Of a DNA stretch of 64,000 bases, positions 55,010 to 64,000 are shown one piece after another. A program made the translations under genes and the position numbers. The notes beneath the pieces are model-generated. The model was given only the letters and a program-made list of their open reading frames with translations. It made no database searches and was not told where the DNA came from. Source of the DNA: Acidobacteriota bacterium (lineage in GTDB: Bacteria; Acidobacteriota; UBA4820; DSQY01); NCBI GenBank assembly GCA_049967655.1, contig JBMFSH010000002.1, forward strand, positions 96,001 to 160,000, written 5' to 3'. The number at the start of each line of letters is the position of its first letter. The stretch's first letter is position 1.

Positions 55010-55987
55010 ATGGCTCCCTACCCCTCCTATTTGAACCTCCTCTCGACCGGAGAACTGGACAGGCGCGTGGGGCTGCTGCTGGGCCGCCTGGGCCAGTGCG
55101 TCGTCTGCCCGCGCCACTGCCGGGTGAAGCGGCTGAGGGACATGAAGGCCGTCTGTAGCACGGGACGCTGGGCGGAGGTAGCCTCTTGGTGCGTTCACCG
55201 GGGTGAGGAGCCCTGTATCAGCGGGCTTAGGGGCTCAGGCACGGTCTTCTTTGCCCACTGCAACCTCTCCTGCCTCTTCTGCCAGAACTGGCAGATCAGC
55301 CAGGCCTGGGAGCCAGGCGAGCAGGCCAAGAACGCCGAGGAGTTGGCGGAGATCTACCTTGACCTCCAGGCGCAGGGGGTCCACAACCTCAACTGGGTGA
55401 GCCCCAGCCACGTCGTCCCCCAGGCCGTGGAGGCTCTGGCCGTGGCGGCGAGGCGGGGCCTGCGGCTGCCGGTGGTCTACAACTCCAACGGCTACGACGA
55501 CGTGGACACCCTTCGCCTGCTGGACGGAATCGTGGACCTCTACCTTCCGGACCTGAAGTACGCTGACGACGCGGCCGCCGACGAGCTCTCCCGCGCCGTG
55601 GGCTATGCGGCCAACGCCCAGGCGGCCATGGCCGAAATGTGGCGGCAGGTCGGCCCGCTGGAACTGGACGAGGAGGGCCAGGCCGTCCGTGGGCTGCTGG
55701 TGCGCCACCTCGTCCTGCCCAACGGCCTCAGCCAGACGCGCGAGGTGTTGAGGTTTCTCGCTTCGCTCGGCCCGGAGGTGGCGGTAAGCCTCATGGCCCA
55801 ATACTCCCCGCAGGGGCGGGCGTTCGACCACCCCCTCCTGGCGCGCCCGCTCCAAATGGGCGAATACGCAAGGGCCGTGGAGGCGCTCGAAGAGAGCGGG
55901 ATCACAGACGGCTACGTTCAGGAGCTGACGGCCCAGTCCAACTACCTACCCGACTTCTCCTCGGACGGGCACCCCTTCGAGCGGTAG
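55010..55987 (+). CDS. Radical SAM protein, PflX-like
   Basis: CVVCPRHC, HRGEEPCISG, CNLSCLFCQN, YLPDLKY, VRHLVLP. Confidence 0.9.
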   Translation: MAPYPSYLNLLSTGELDRRVGLLLGRLGQCVVCPRHCRVKRLRDMKAVCSTGRWAEVASWCVHRGEEPCISGLRGSGTVFFAHCNLSCLFCQNWQISQAWEPGEQAKNAEELAEIYLDLQAQGVHNLNWVSPSHVVPQAVEALAVAARRGLRLPVVYNSNGYDDVDTLRLLDGIVDLYLPDLKYADDAAADELSRAVGYAANAQAAMAEMWRQVGPLELDEEGQAVRGLLVRHLVLPNGLSQTREVLRFLASLGPEVAVSLMAQYSPQGRAFDHPLLARPLQMGEYARAVEALEESGITDGYVQELTAQSNYLPDFSSDGHPFER

Positions 55988-55996
55988 GCCCCAACC

Positions 55997-56845
55997 TCAC
56001 CCGCCCTTTTCGGTCACGTGGCGGAACGAGTTCTTGCCCTCCCGCTTGGCTTCGTACATCAGCTGGTCCACCCGTTTGAGCATGGCCGTGTAGGAAGAAG
56101 GGGGGCCCTCGAAGGTGACCGCTCCCACGCTCAGCGTCACCGGCCAGCCCTGAGCCTGCACCGCCTCCTGAAGGTGGCGGTGGAGGCGCGTGAGGACGAA
56201 GGGGGCCGCGCTGCCACCGCACTCGGGAAGCAGGAGCGCGAATTCGTCCCCGCCCAGTCTCGCGAAGGCGTCGCTGGAGCGCACGTTTTGCATCACCGCT
56301 CGGGCCACCGTCTGCAGGACCGCGTCTCCGGTGGCGTGGCCAAAGCGGTCGTTGACCGCCTTGAAGTTGTCCAGGTCGGCGAAGGCCACGGTGAACGGCC
56401 GCCCGTTGCGGCCGGTGCGCCCTATCTCTCTCTCGGCCACCTCCTCGAAGGCGCGGGCGTTGAGGGCGCCGGTGAGGTGGTCGGTGCGCGCGTAGCTCCG
56501 CTCCCTCTCCAGGGTCTTCCTCAGACTGGTGGTGAGGGCCACCGCGGCGAGGAATACCAGCAGCTCTAGGGCTGCGTTCAGGAGGGGCAGGAGGCTGTGG
56601 TGGCCGGGTGCGAGGGCCAGGAACTCCCATACGAACAGGTCCAGAACCGTGAGCACCAGGGCCAGTAGGCCCGCCCAGAGGCCGACGAACCAGGAGAGCA
56701 GGACGATGGGGACCAGGTAGAGGGCCGAGAGGGAGAGGAGGGAACCCATCGCGTAGTCCACGAAACCGAGGGCCAGCAGGATGAGGAGCCCCACGATCAA
56801 CCATACGGCCTTGGCGCGCTTTCGCAGCGCCTTCCTAAGGTTCAC
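55997..56845 (-). CDS. Membrane diguanylate cyclase (GGDEF)
   Basis: N-terminal TMs, TDHLTG, DLDNFK.VND..GH, RSSD I-site, RLGGDEF. Confidence 0.94.
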   Translation of the reverse strand: MNLRKALRKRAKAVWLIVGLLILLALGFVDYAMGSLLSLSALYLVPIVLLSWFVGLWAGLLALVLTVLDLFVWEFLALAPGHHSLLPLLNAALELLVFLAAVALTTSLRKTLERERSYARTDHLTGALNARAFEEVAEREIGRTGRNGRPFTVAFADLDNFKAVNDRFGHATGDAVLQTVARAVMQNVRSSDAFARLGGDEFALLLPECGGSAAPFVLTRLHRHLQEAVQAQGWPVTLSVGAVTFEGPPSSYTAMLKRVDQLMYEAKREGKNSFRHVTEKGG

Positions 56846-57509
56846 GCTCTTCCCCCAAGTGGCCCCAGGTCACTTCCGCGGCCGCGAAGCGCGCCATGAG
56901 ATCCGCCATCCTTCCGGCCGCCGCCTTCGCCTCCGCGGCGAGCGCGCGCGGCGCATAAACGATCCCCAGGGCGCGCCGGGTCCCGGCGTGGGTCTTCGTG
57001 GCCTGGCTGTCCTTCACCGGCGACGCGCAGGGAAGATCCGACGGCAGCCGGGCCACCAGCAACAGATCGCGCAGGTCGATCACCTGTCCCGAAGCATTGA
57101 AGGCGTACGACTCGGCCTCGCGCCCCCGCCGAACCCTGAAGGCGCATCCGCCCGCTGCCTCCACGTCCACGAGGGAGATGGGGAGCAGGGTCTCCAGGGA
57201 GACCAGGTTGTTGATGTCGGCGAGGGTGTTGATCCTCGGAAACCGCCCCTCCACCGCCTCCCGCAGGAGATACTCGCTCGCCGGCTTGGCCCGACCCGTC
57301 GGCTTGTAAGCGCCGAAGCGCAGGAGATCCCTGACCGCCGCCTTGCGGGCGCGGTTCGACGACCGAGCCTCCTCCTCGACCGCTGCCGCAACGGCGCGGT
57401 CAATCTGAGAGAGAAGGGGCGAGGGCGAGGGGCCGGCGCGGCACCCCCTGGCCTCCACCCAACCAATTGCTACACCCTGTTCCGTAAGACCTAAGGACAG
57501 CTCATCCAT
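56835..57509 (-). CDS. B3/4 (PheRS editing-like) domain protein
   Basis: YKPTGRAKPASEYLLR, PRINTLADINNLVSL, FNASGQ. Confidence 0.85.
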   Translation of the reverse strand: MDELSLGLTEQGVAIGWVEARGCRAGPSPSPLLSQIDRAVAAAVEEEARSSNRARKAAVRDLLRFGAYKPTGRAKPASEYLLREAVEGRFPRINTLADINNLVSLETLLPISLVDVEAAGGCAFRVRRGREAESYAFNASGQVIDLRDLLLVARLPSDLPCASPVKDSQATKTHAGTRRALGIVYAPRALAAEAKAAAGRMADLMARFAAAEVTWGHLGEEREP

Positions 57510-57576
57510 TCCGTTACGATTGTACGGCCTCTTCCGCCGCCAGGGAATGGACGCCCCCAAAAACCACAGGGGGGGC

Positions 57577-58752
57577 CTAGAGCTCCCGCAGCGCAACGGC
57601 GACGGGTAGGCGGGCCGCCCGAAGGGCCGGCACGAGCCCGCCCACAAACCCCATGGCCAGTGCGAAGAGGAGGCCCCTCGCCAAGAGGCTTGGGGCAACG
57701 CGAAAGGCGAAGGCCACTTGGGAAAAGCTCTGCCAGTTGAGTGTGGACGTGGTGAGGCCGTTGACGGGCCACACGGCCAAGCAGCCCACGATGCCTCCCG
57801 CGAAGGCCACGAGAAGGGACTCGGTGACGAAGGAGAGCGCCACGGCAACCCCGCCGAACCCCATGGCCCTCAGCGTCGCGATCTCCCGCGCCCGGGCGGC
57901 CACGGAGGCATAGAGGGTGTTGAAGGCCCCGAAAACGGCCCCCACGCCCATCACCGAGGCAACGAGAAAACCGAGAACCGTAATGACCTTCGAGACGGCC
58001 CTGGACTGATCCGCGTAGTAAGTCGTCTCCCGCTGCGCTCGGACCGTCAGCCTGGGGTCGCTCTCAAGGGCCCGTTTGAATGGGGTGAGGGCCGAAGGAG
58101 AGGCAAGACGCACGGTGACCGACGAGAAGAGGTCTGCGGGACGCTTGTAGGTCTGGCTCAAGATGGGTTCGTCGGCCCAGACCTCCGAATCGAAAGCGCT
58201 CCCCCCTGAATTCATGATGCCGACAACCCGCCAGGTCCGCCCGCCAAAGCGTGGCTCGTCTCCCAACCGGAGCCCCGAGTAAATATTCTCTGCATTTCTT
58301 CCCACGACCAACTCCGGAAGGCCAGGCCGAAAAAAGCGTCCCTGCACGATGCGCACACCGCGATGCACTCGCAGAGCCTCGGCAGAGACACCCCGCACCG
58401 GTGCAAGCGCAGCCGCGTCGCTGGCGCGGTGGTGGAACGGGGCTATGACGAACAGTTCGCCGCTCACCATGGGGCGACCTTGGGCATCGTGAGCCACACC
58501 GGGGGCGTCGGCGATGACCTCCATTTGGTCTCTCGTGATAACCGACTCCATCTCGGTCGTAGCTCCTCCTCTGAGCACGATGGCATTGGTTGGCGAACCC
58601 GATTGCACGAGCGTCTGCCGAAACCCCTTGGCCAAAGAGAGCATGGCTACGAACACGGCCACCACGCCGGCTATCCCCAAAACCGCAACCAGGTTGCTAC
58701 GCCAGCGCACCCTGACGCTTCGCAAGTTATAAATCAGCGGGATGGCGCTCAC
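57577..58752 (-). CDS. MacB/FtsX-like ABC permease
   Basis: YNLRSVRVR, GRFFRPG, NTLYASV..RAREIATLRAMGF. Confidence 0.9.
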   Translation of the reverse strand: MSAIPLIYNLRSVRVRWRSNLVAVLGIAGVVAVFVAMLSLAKGFRQTLVQSGSPTNAIVLRGGATTEMESVITRDQMEVIADAPGVAHDAQGRPMVSGELFVIAPFHHRASDAAALAPVRGVSAEALRVHRGVRIVQGRFFRPGLPELVVGRNAENIYSGLRLGDEPRFGGRTWRVVGIMNSGGSAFDSEVWADEPILSQTYKRPADLFSSVTVRLASPSALTPFKRALESDPRLTVRAQRETTYYADQSRAVSKVITVLGFLVASVMGVGAVFGAFNTLYASVAARAREIATLRAMGFGGVAVALSFVTESLLVAFAGGIVGCLAVWPVNGLTTSTLNWQSFSQVAFAFRVAPSLLARGLLFALAMGFVGGLVPALRAARLPVAVALREL

Positions 58753-58870
58753 GTCGCTGCTTCTCCCCAGGATCGAATGGATGGAACCAAGCCTGCCTCC
58801 TCCTTAGCCGCCTCATACCACCCGGCGCGCCCCAGTACTGCCTCATCCTCTCTTCCTCGCCGGTCCATGC

Positions 58871-60010
58871 TCACACCCTTCGCAGGGCCTCCACGATCTT
58901 CAGGCGTCCGGCCGCTAGTGCGGGCAGAATTCCCGCCGCCACCCCCACCACCGCCGCCAGCAAGAACCCGAGGAGCATTCTCCCCGGCCCCAGGTAGAAA
59001 ACGGGCAGCAGACCGCCCGTGGGGTCGCCTCGGAGGGTGAAGAGTTTGGCCCCGAGCAGCCCTAGCGCCCCGCCCGAGAGGGCGTAGAAAAGTGCCTCCG
59101 CCAGCACGAGCCAGAGCACCTCTCCGTCTCCGAAGCCGACCGTCTTGAGCACGGCCAGCTCGGCCGTCCGCTCCCTGACAGCCAGGGCCATGGCGTTGCC
59201 CGTCACGAGCAGGAGGGTGAAGAATACCACCCCGCCGACCACAAGGATCAGGAGCTGAATGTCCCCCACCTGTTTTACGAAACCAGCGGCAAAGGCCTTT
59301 TCGCTCTCGGCCGCCGTCTCCCACGGGGAGTTAGCGAATCGGCGGTCGATGGCCTCGGCCACGGCTGCCGCCCGGTCGGGGTTCCGAACCTGCACCACGT
59401 ACCAGCCCACGGTCCCTTTGCCCCACACGCGGCGCTCGTCCAAGTAGTCGTTGCGCAACCATAGCTGGCTCGTATCGTCCTCCCGGCGCGTGCCGTCATA
59501 GATGCCGCACACGTCGAAATCCCAATCCCCGCCGAAGATGCCGGCCATGAGTGGGATACGGTCGCCTACCTTGAAACCAAAGCGCTCCGCAGTCTTGCGC
59601 CCGACGATGCAGCCCTGGCGGTCCCTAAGGAAGGCCTGCCACTCCTTGGGCGGAACGCGGTATTCGGGGTAGACCCGCAGCCAGGTGGCCGCGTCTACGG
59701 CGAAGTTGGGAAAGAAATTTTTGGGGTCCCGGTAGTACCCTCCGAACCAAGTGGCGTAGGTCACCGCCTTGACGCCGGGTAGCTGCACCATCTGGTCCTT
59801 GTAAGCGAGAGGCAGGGGCAGGATGAGGGAGACTTTGTTGCGGACGATGAGCCGGTCCACACCAGCCACCTGGACCCCCTGCGTGAAGGCTGTCTGAATG
59901 GCCGCCAGGAGGCCGAAGAGGAAGAGGGCCACGGCGAAGGACCCCATGGTGAGAGCCGAGCGAACCCTCTTTCGCTTCACGTTGGCCCAAACGAGACGAA
60001 GAAACTTCAC
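58871..60010 (-). CDS. MacB/FtsX-like ABC permease
   Basis: WANVKRKRVRSALT, TWFGGYY, RERTAELAVLKTVGF. Confidence 0.9.
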   Translation of the reverse strand: MKFLRLVWANVKRKRVRSALTMGSFAVALFLFGLLAAIQTAFTQGVQVAGVDRLIVRNKVSLILPLPLAYKDQMVQLPGVKAVTYATWFGGYYRDPKNFFPNFAVDAATWLRVYPEYRVPPKEWQAFLRDRQGCIVGRKTAERFGFKVGDRIPLMAGIFGGDWDFDVCGIYDGTRREDDTSQLWLRNDYLDERRVWGKGTVGWYVVQVRNPDRAAAVAEAIDRRFANSPWETAAESEKAFAAGFVKQVGDIQLLILVVGGVVFFTLLLVTGNAMALAVRERTAELAVLKTVGFGDGEVLWLVLAEALFYALSGGALGLLGAKLFTLRGDPTGGLLPVFYLGPGRMLLGFLLAAVVGVAAGILPALAAGRLKIVEALRRV

Positions 60011-60021
60011 GCTCTTCTCCC

Positions 60022-60741
60022 TTAGGGTCCTGGTAATGAGCCCCTGCTCTCCACGAGGACTCCCTTCTCGAGATGGAGGAGGACGCCCGCCCGCTCGGCC
60101 GCCTTGGGATCGTGCGTTACCATGAGGATGGTCTTTTCGTAACGCACCGATAGGGTCGTGAGGAGGTCGAGCACGCCGTCCGCGCTTGCCCGGTCCAAAT
60201 CGCCCGTCGGCTCGTCGCAGAGCAGGAAGGTGGGATCGGCCACGATGGCTCTTGCGATGGCCACGCGCTGTTCCTGGCCCCCTGAGAGCTGGCGGGGGTA
60301 GAAGTCTAGGCGGTCCGAAAGGCCCACCAGCGACAAGGCCGCCTCCACGTGGCCCCGGCGCTCGGCCTTGGAAAGTCGCGTAAGCAATAATGGGAGCTCT
60401 ACGTTCTGGAAGGCCGTGAGGACGGGGAGCAGGTTGTACATTTGGAAAACAAAGCCCACGTGGCGGGCCCGCCAGGCAGCCAAGCGCGAAGCCGAGAGGC
60501 GCGTAATCTCATCCCCCGCCACCGTAATGCTACCCGAGGTGGGCACGTCCAGTCCGCCCAAGAGGTTCAGGAGCGTCGTCTTGCCCGAGCCGCTCGGCCC
60601 CATGAAGGCTACGAATTCCCCCTCGTCCACGCTCAGGTTCAGGCCCTGCAGGACGTGCACCTCCTGGCCGCCCCGCCGGTAGCTCTTGTCGAGGTTGCGA
60701 ACCCGGATGAGCGCCTCGCCATTATCGTCGAGCCTGACCAT
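60022..60741 (-). CDS. ABC ATP-binding protein (LolD/MacB type)
   Basis: [30 protein letters not shown]. Confidence 0.94.
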   Translation of the reverse strand: MVRLDDNGEALIRVRNLDKSYRRGGQEVHVLQGLNLSVDEGEFVAFMGPSGSGKTTLLNLLGGLDVPTSGSITVAGDEITRLSASRLAAWRARHVGFVFQMYNLLPVLTAFQNVELPLLLTRLSKAERRGHVEAALSLVGLSDRLDFYPRQLSGGQEQRVAIARAIVADPTFLLCDEPTGDLDRASADGVLDLLTTLSVRYEKTILMVTHDPKAAERAGVLLHLEKGVLVESRGSLPGP

Positions 60742-60849
60742 CGAAGCGGCCCCCTCGTTGCTTCCATGGGAAGAGAATCTGGGACGGGACGGGAAGAGAT
60801 CGCGCCGCCCGCGGTTCGAACCTTCTCCAGACCCCTTATTCGGCCCCGC

Positions 60850-62073
60850 TCAGGAGCCCTTCACCTTGACGCGCTGGCCGTCCCTCAAGCGATCCAGCTC
60901 AGAAACGGCAACCACCTCTCCCGGGGAGAGGCCATCGAGGATCTCCACCTCGGAGCCCCGCTTCTCGCCCAGTACCACCGGCGTCATCCGGAGCCTGCCG
61001 CCGACCACCCTGAACGCCACCGGGCCTCCCTTCCCGGAGCGCACCGCGGCGTCCGGCACGAGCGCCTTGGCCTTGCTAGGCTTCAGGGCTTCGGGACTCA
61101 GGAAGGCCACCCGTACCCCCATATCCGGCAGGATGCGCGGATCGAGGTGGTCGAAGGCAACGCGGACCTTCACCGTGGCCTTCTGCCGGTCGGCCGTGGG
61201 GATGATGGTGCGAACCTTGCCTGGAATCCGCCAGGACGGGTAGGCGTCCAGCGTGGCCTCCACCGGCATACCCGGGTGGACCTCGGCGATGAAGGACTCG
61301 TTCACGTCCACTTCGATCTCCAGGGAGGACATGTCCACAACCGTGCAAATGCCCGTCCGTGTGAACCCTCCTCCCGCCGAGATGGGCGACACGATTTCAC
61401 CTGGCTGGGCGTCCTTGGATACTACGGTCCCCGCGAAGGGAGCTCGAATGACGCAATTCTCGAGATCCCTGTTGGCCACCTCCACTTGCGCCTCGGCGGC
61501 CTTCACCTGCTCCCGTTGAAGATGGAGCTGCGCCCTCAAGTCTTCCACGGCGGTGCGGGCCCGATCCAGGCTCTGCTGGTCGGCGTAGCCACTCTCCGAG
61601 AGCGCTCGGGTGCGGGAAAGCTCCCTGCCGGCCTCCGCCAAATCCGCGCGCAGCTTGGGCAGCGCCGCCATGGCCACAGCCCGGCCAGCCTCCGCCAACC
61701 GGTAGGCCGCCAGCGCATCCAAATCGTCCAGGCGGGCCAGCACCTGCCCCTTCTCCACGTGCATGCCCTCCTCCACGGGGACCTCTTTAACCCGGCCCGT
61801 GACCTTGGCCGCCACCGTGGCCCTGAGCCTTGGTGCAACATAGCCGCTCGCGTTGAGAACCGTAGCCGCCTCGATTCCCCAAGCGGGGCGCGCGGTGGCC
61901 GTCTCCACCACCAGCGGCCTGCTCCAGAACCAGAGGAACCAGAGCACCAGTGCGAGAAGAAGCACCCCTCCGCCCCAGAGCCAACGGCCCCGGCGAGGGC
62001 CTCCCCCTCTGCGATCAGGGTCTATCTTCAAAGCGGACAGGTCAACATCCCTGGCCGAATGGTCCTCGTTCAT
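60850..62073 (-). CDS. Periplasmic adaptor (MFP/MacA-like)
   Basis: N-terminal TM, LNASGYV, IRAPFAG, EVDVNES, PTADRQKATVKV. Confidence 0.92.
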   Translation of the reverse strand: MNEDHSARDVDLSALKIDPDRRGGGPRRGRWLWGGGVLLLALVLWFLWFWSRPLVVETATARPAWGIEAATVLNASGYVAPRLRATVAAKVTGRVKEVPVEEGMHVEKGQVLARLDDLDALAAYRLAEAGRAVAMAALPKLRADLAEAGRELSRTRALSESGYADQQSLDRARTAVEDLRAQLHLQREQVKAAEAQVEVANRDLENCVIRAPFAGTVVSKDAQPGEIVSPISAGGGFTRTGICTVVDMSSLEIEVDVNESFIAEVHPGMPVEATLDAYPSWRIPGKVRTIIPTADRQKATVKVRVAFDHLDPRILPDMGVRVAFLSPEALKPSKAKALVPDAAVRSGKGGPVAFRVVGGRLRMTPVVLGEKRGSEVEILDGLSPGEVVAVSELDRLRDGQRVKVKGS

Positions 62074-62138
62074 TGATTCCCCCTTCACCTAGGCCTGCGA
62101 CAACCGTAAAGTCCGGCGGCCTGAACCCTTTCGCAAGG

Positions 62139-62645
62139 TCACGCCAGCGAATAGGACTCCCAGCCGCCCCTGAGGGTGCGCACCCTCAAGAGACACTCCG
62201 GCAGGTCGAAACGGAGGGTCCGGCCCTGGCTTCCCCCCGTCAGTTCAAGCGCCAGCGGCACGGCGCCTCCGGCAAGCAGGGCCTTGAGGCGCTCCACGTT
62301 TCTGGCCCCGATGCCCGTGTCCAGAAGTTCCGCTCCCTGGAAGAGCCGGGCCCCGCCCACCAGGGCCGCCCTCATTCGAGCCGGTTTTGCTCCCACGCCC
62401 ACCAGGGCTCTGGACAGGGAAGGCAGCGCCTCCACTCCGTACTTGGCCGGCAGGCCGGCCCGATCGGTGCCTGGGGGGGGCTCGCCGGGAAGCAGCACGT
62501 GGGCCAGACCGCCGACCCCCGCCTCGGGGTCGCACAGGAGCAGCGCCACGCAGGAACCGAGCCCATAGACCGCCAGCGAACAGGAGCCGGTCTGGACGCA
62601 GAGCTGGCCGATGAAGACGGTATGTACCGGCCTGTTATCCTCCAA
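62139..62645 (-). CDS. cheD: Chemoreceptor glutamine deamidase CheD
   Basis: GLGSCVA, GGLAHVLLP, KYG, LVGGA, IGARNV, TGGSQGR. Confidence 0.9.
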   Translation of the reverse strand: MEDNRPVHTVFIGQLCVQTGSCSLAVYGLGSCVALLLCDPEAGVGGLAHVLLPGEPPPGTDRAGLPAKYGVEALPSLSRALVGVGAKPARMRAALVGGARLFQGAELLDTGIGARNVERLKALLAGGAVPLALELTGGSQGRTLRFDLPECLLRVRTLRGGWESYSLA

Positions 62646-62901
62646 GGAACTCCCTCACGTCCGGTTTCAGGAAGAGCTCCTCCAGGTCAGCGCCCGCCAC
62701 CTCTCTGCGAACGAGCTCGGCCTTCTCCTCGGCATCCAGGTACCGGTTCACGATCAGCACCTTTCGGCCCCTGACCACGCAGAGGGCGCCGGCGCTCTTT
62801 ATCCGGGAGGTCTCGCGGAAGTCGATCCCCATCTTGCGAAGAGCCTCCTTGAGCTCCTCGAGAAACGCCTCCCACTCCTTTCGGTTCCAGCGGCGGCTCA
62901 C
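62635..62901 (-). CDS. Conserved-looking small hypothetical protein
   Basis: 88 aa, GGAG RBS, GTGA overlap with the upstream stop; GALCVVRG...FLKPDVREFL. Confidence 0.7.
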   Translation of the reverse strand: MSRRWNRKEWEAFLEELKEALRKMGIDFRETSRIKSAGALCVVRGRKVLIVNRYLDAEEKAELVRREVAGADLEELFLKPDVREFLGG

Positions 62902-64000
62902 GACTCCTCCATGCGCTGCAAGATGTCCAGGATCTCATCGTCCGAGAGCATGTGGTCGGATTCCTTCGCCGCCCGGCAGATCTGGGTCACCTTCTCCGGC
63001 TCTGGCTCCACGCCGTGCTGGTGGAGCCAGAAGACCACGTTGGACTCCCCCGACATGGGTCCCACCTCGATGGTCTGTTGTCGCCCCACCCACGAGGCGG
63101 GCACCGACGAGTAGACGAGGTCCACGAGCTCCTTGTCTCCCATGTTGAGGGCCTTAAGCAGGGCGGAGGCGTGCACCCCCGTGCCCGTACGGTAGGCGTC
63201 CCTGCCGAACACTGGGTAGTTCCAGGGGATAGATATACCCACCCAGCGAGCCACCCAGTCCACGTAATCAACCAGCGGAGTGAGCTCCCCTCCCCACAGG
63301 CCCATGAGCTTCAGGTTGACCAGGATGAGGTCCATGGGCGTGTTGCCCACTCGCTCCCCCATTCCAAGGGCCGATCCGTGCAGCCGGTCCGCCCCGGCCT
63401 CCAGCGCCGCCAGCGTGGAGATCAGCCCGAGGCCCCGGTCCATGTGACCGTGCCAGTCCACCTGGACGGGCTCCCCGCTCTCCTCGATCAGGCTCCTGAG
63501 GAACCGGACGATCCGGTAGGCGCCGTTGGGCGTCGCGAACCCCACCGTGTCGGCGACGCAGACCCTGCGGGCGCCACACTCGATGGCCGCCAGGTAGAGA
63601 TCCCGGAGGATTTCGGGCCGGGCCCGGGTGGTGTCCTCCGTGACGTACATGACGGGCATCTTCTCCCGCGTCGCCAGCGAGACCGATTCGCGGGTGGCCT
63701 TGAGGAGGAAGGGAAGATCCCATCCCTCGGCGTAGTGGCGCACGGGGCTCGAACCGAGAAACACCGCCACCTCGATGGGCATCCCCACCTTCTGGGCGAT
63801 GTCGAGAATGGGCCGGATGTCCTTCTCGAGGGTGCGCGCCGCACAGTTGGGTGCCAGCGGGAGCCCTCCGCGGTGCACCTCCCTGGCGAGAAAGAGGGTG
63901 TCCTCATAGGCCTGGGGGCCGGCCGCGGGCAGGCCGATGTTCAGGGAGTGAATGCCCAGGCGCACCAGGAGCTGGAGGAAGTCTCTCTTGGCCTGAAGCG
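62898..64000 (-). CDS. LeuA/DRE-TIM family synthase (2-isopropylmalate synthase-like), partial at window end
   Basis: EDTTRA, ADTVG, WHGHMDRG, GERVGN, GVHASA; reading frame stays open to the window edge. Confidence 0.88.
   Translation of the reverse strand, partial: LQAKRDFLQLLVRLGIHSLNIGLPAAGPQAYEDTLFLAREVHRGGLPLAPNCAARTLEKDIRPILDIAQKVGMPIEVAVFLGSSPVRHYAEGWDLPFLLKATRESVSLATREKMPVMYVTEDTTRARPEILRDLYLAAIECGARRVCVADTVGFATPNGAYRIVRFLRSLIEESGEPVQVDWHGHMDRGLGLISTLAALEAGADRLHGSALGMGERVGNTPMDLILVNLKLMGLWGGELTPLVDYVDWVARWVGISIPWNYPVFGRDAYRTGTGVHASALLKALNMGDKELVDLVYSSVPASWVGRQQTIEVGPMSGESNVVFWLHQHGVEPEPEKVTQICRAAKESDHMLSDDEILDILQRMEES

Noticed and set aside
55010..55987. Radical SAM enzyme as maturase for the Trp-containing 25-aa peptide (RiPP)
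   Set aside because: It is PflX-like with no evident SPASM/RRE features and lies about 19 kb away; no modifying enzymes flank the peptide.

Overview
GC-rich (about 65-70%) bacterial chromosomal window from a diderm; the gene content is compatible with an Acidobacteriota or deltaproteobacteria-like lineage, but this is inference only. It is mostly housekeeping and envelope genes: a NikR-headed Ni/Co ECF operon, tmRNA, PPi-type pfk, yebC-ruvC-ruvA, cysK, nth, an AsmA-like gene, lnt, recG, an acyl-CoA ligase, mpl, tolB, recN, tatBC, larE, an MMPL transporter, pgsA, tRNA-Arg(CCT), dapF, fabK, a MacAB-like exporter, cheD and a leuA-like gene. Signalling genes include two REC-PilZ proteins, a GGDEF cyclase, a PAS kinase and a sigma54 activator. 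The most unusual locus is 35.4-40.0 kb. It holds an unannotated 25-aa peptide gene (MGTILFLITVLVCSPAGGTIWGTTT) with a near-perfect RBS, its own promoter carrying a G15 tract, and a downstream hairpin. This gene converges on a 1394-aa tandem adenylate cyclase-STAND ATPase-TPR protein whose TPR half is visibly lower in GC, making it a candidate peptide-sensing cyclic-nucleotide signalling pair. Also notable are an orphan PduS-PduT microcompartment pair, three tandem Zn-ribbon paralogs, a candidate outer-membrane barrel inside the nik operon, and a ~1900-aa secreted protein with an Asp-nucleophile hydrolase domain. No CRISPR array, integrase or transposase was seen. All calls come from motif recognition by eye; no database searches were run.
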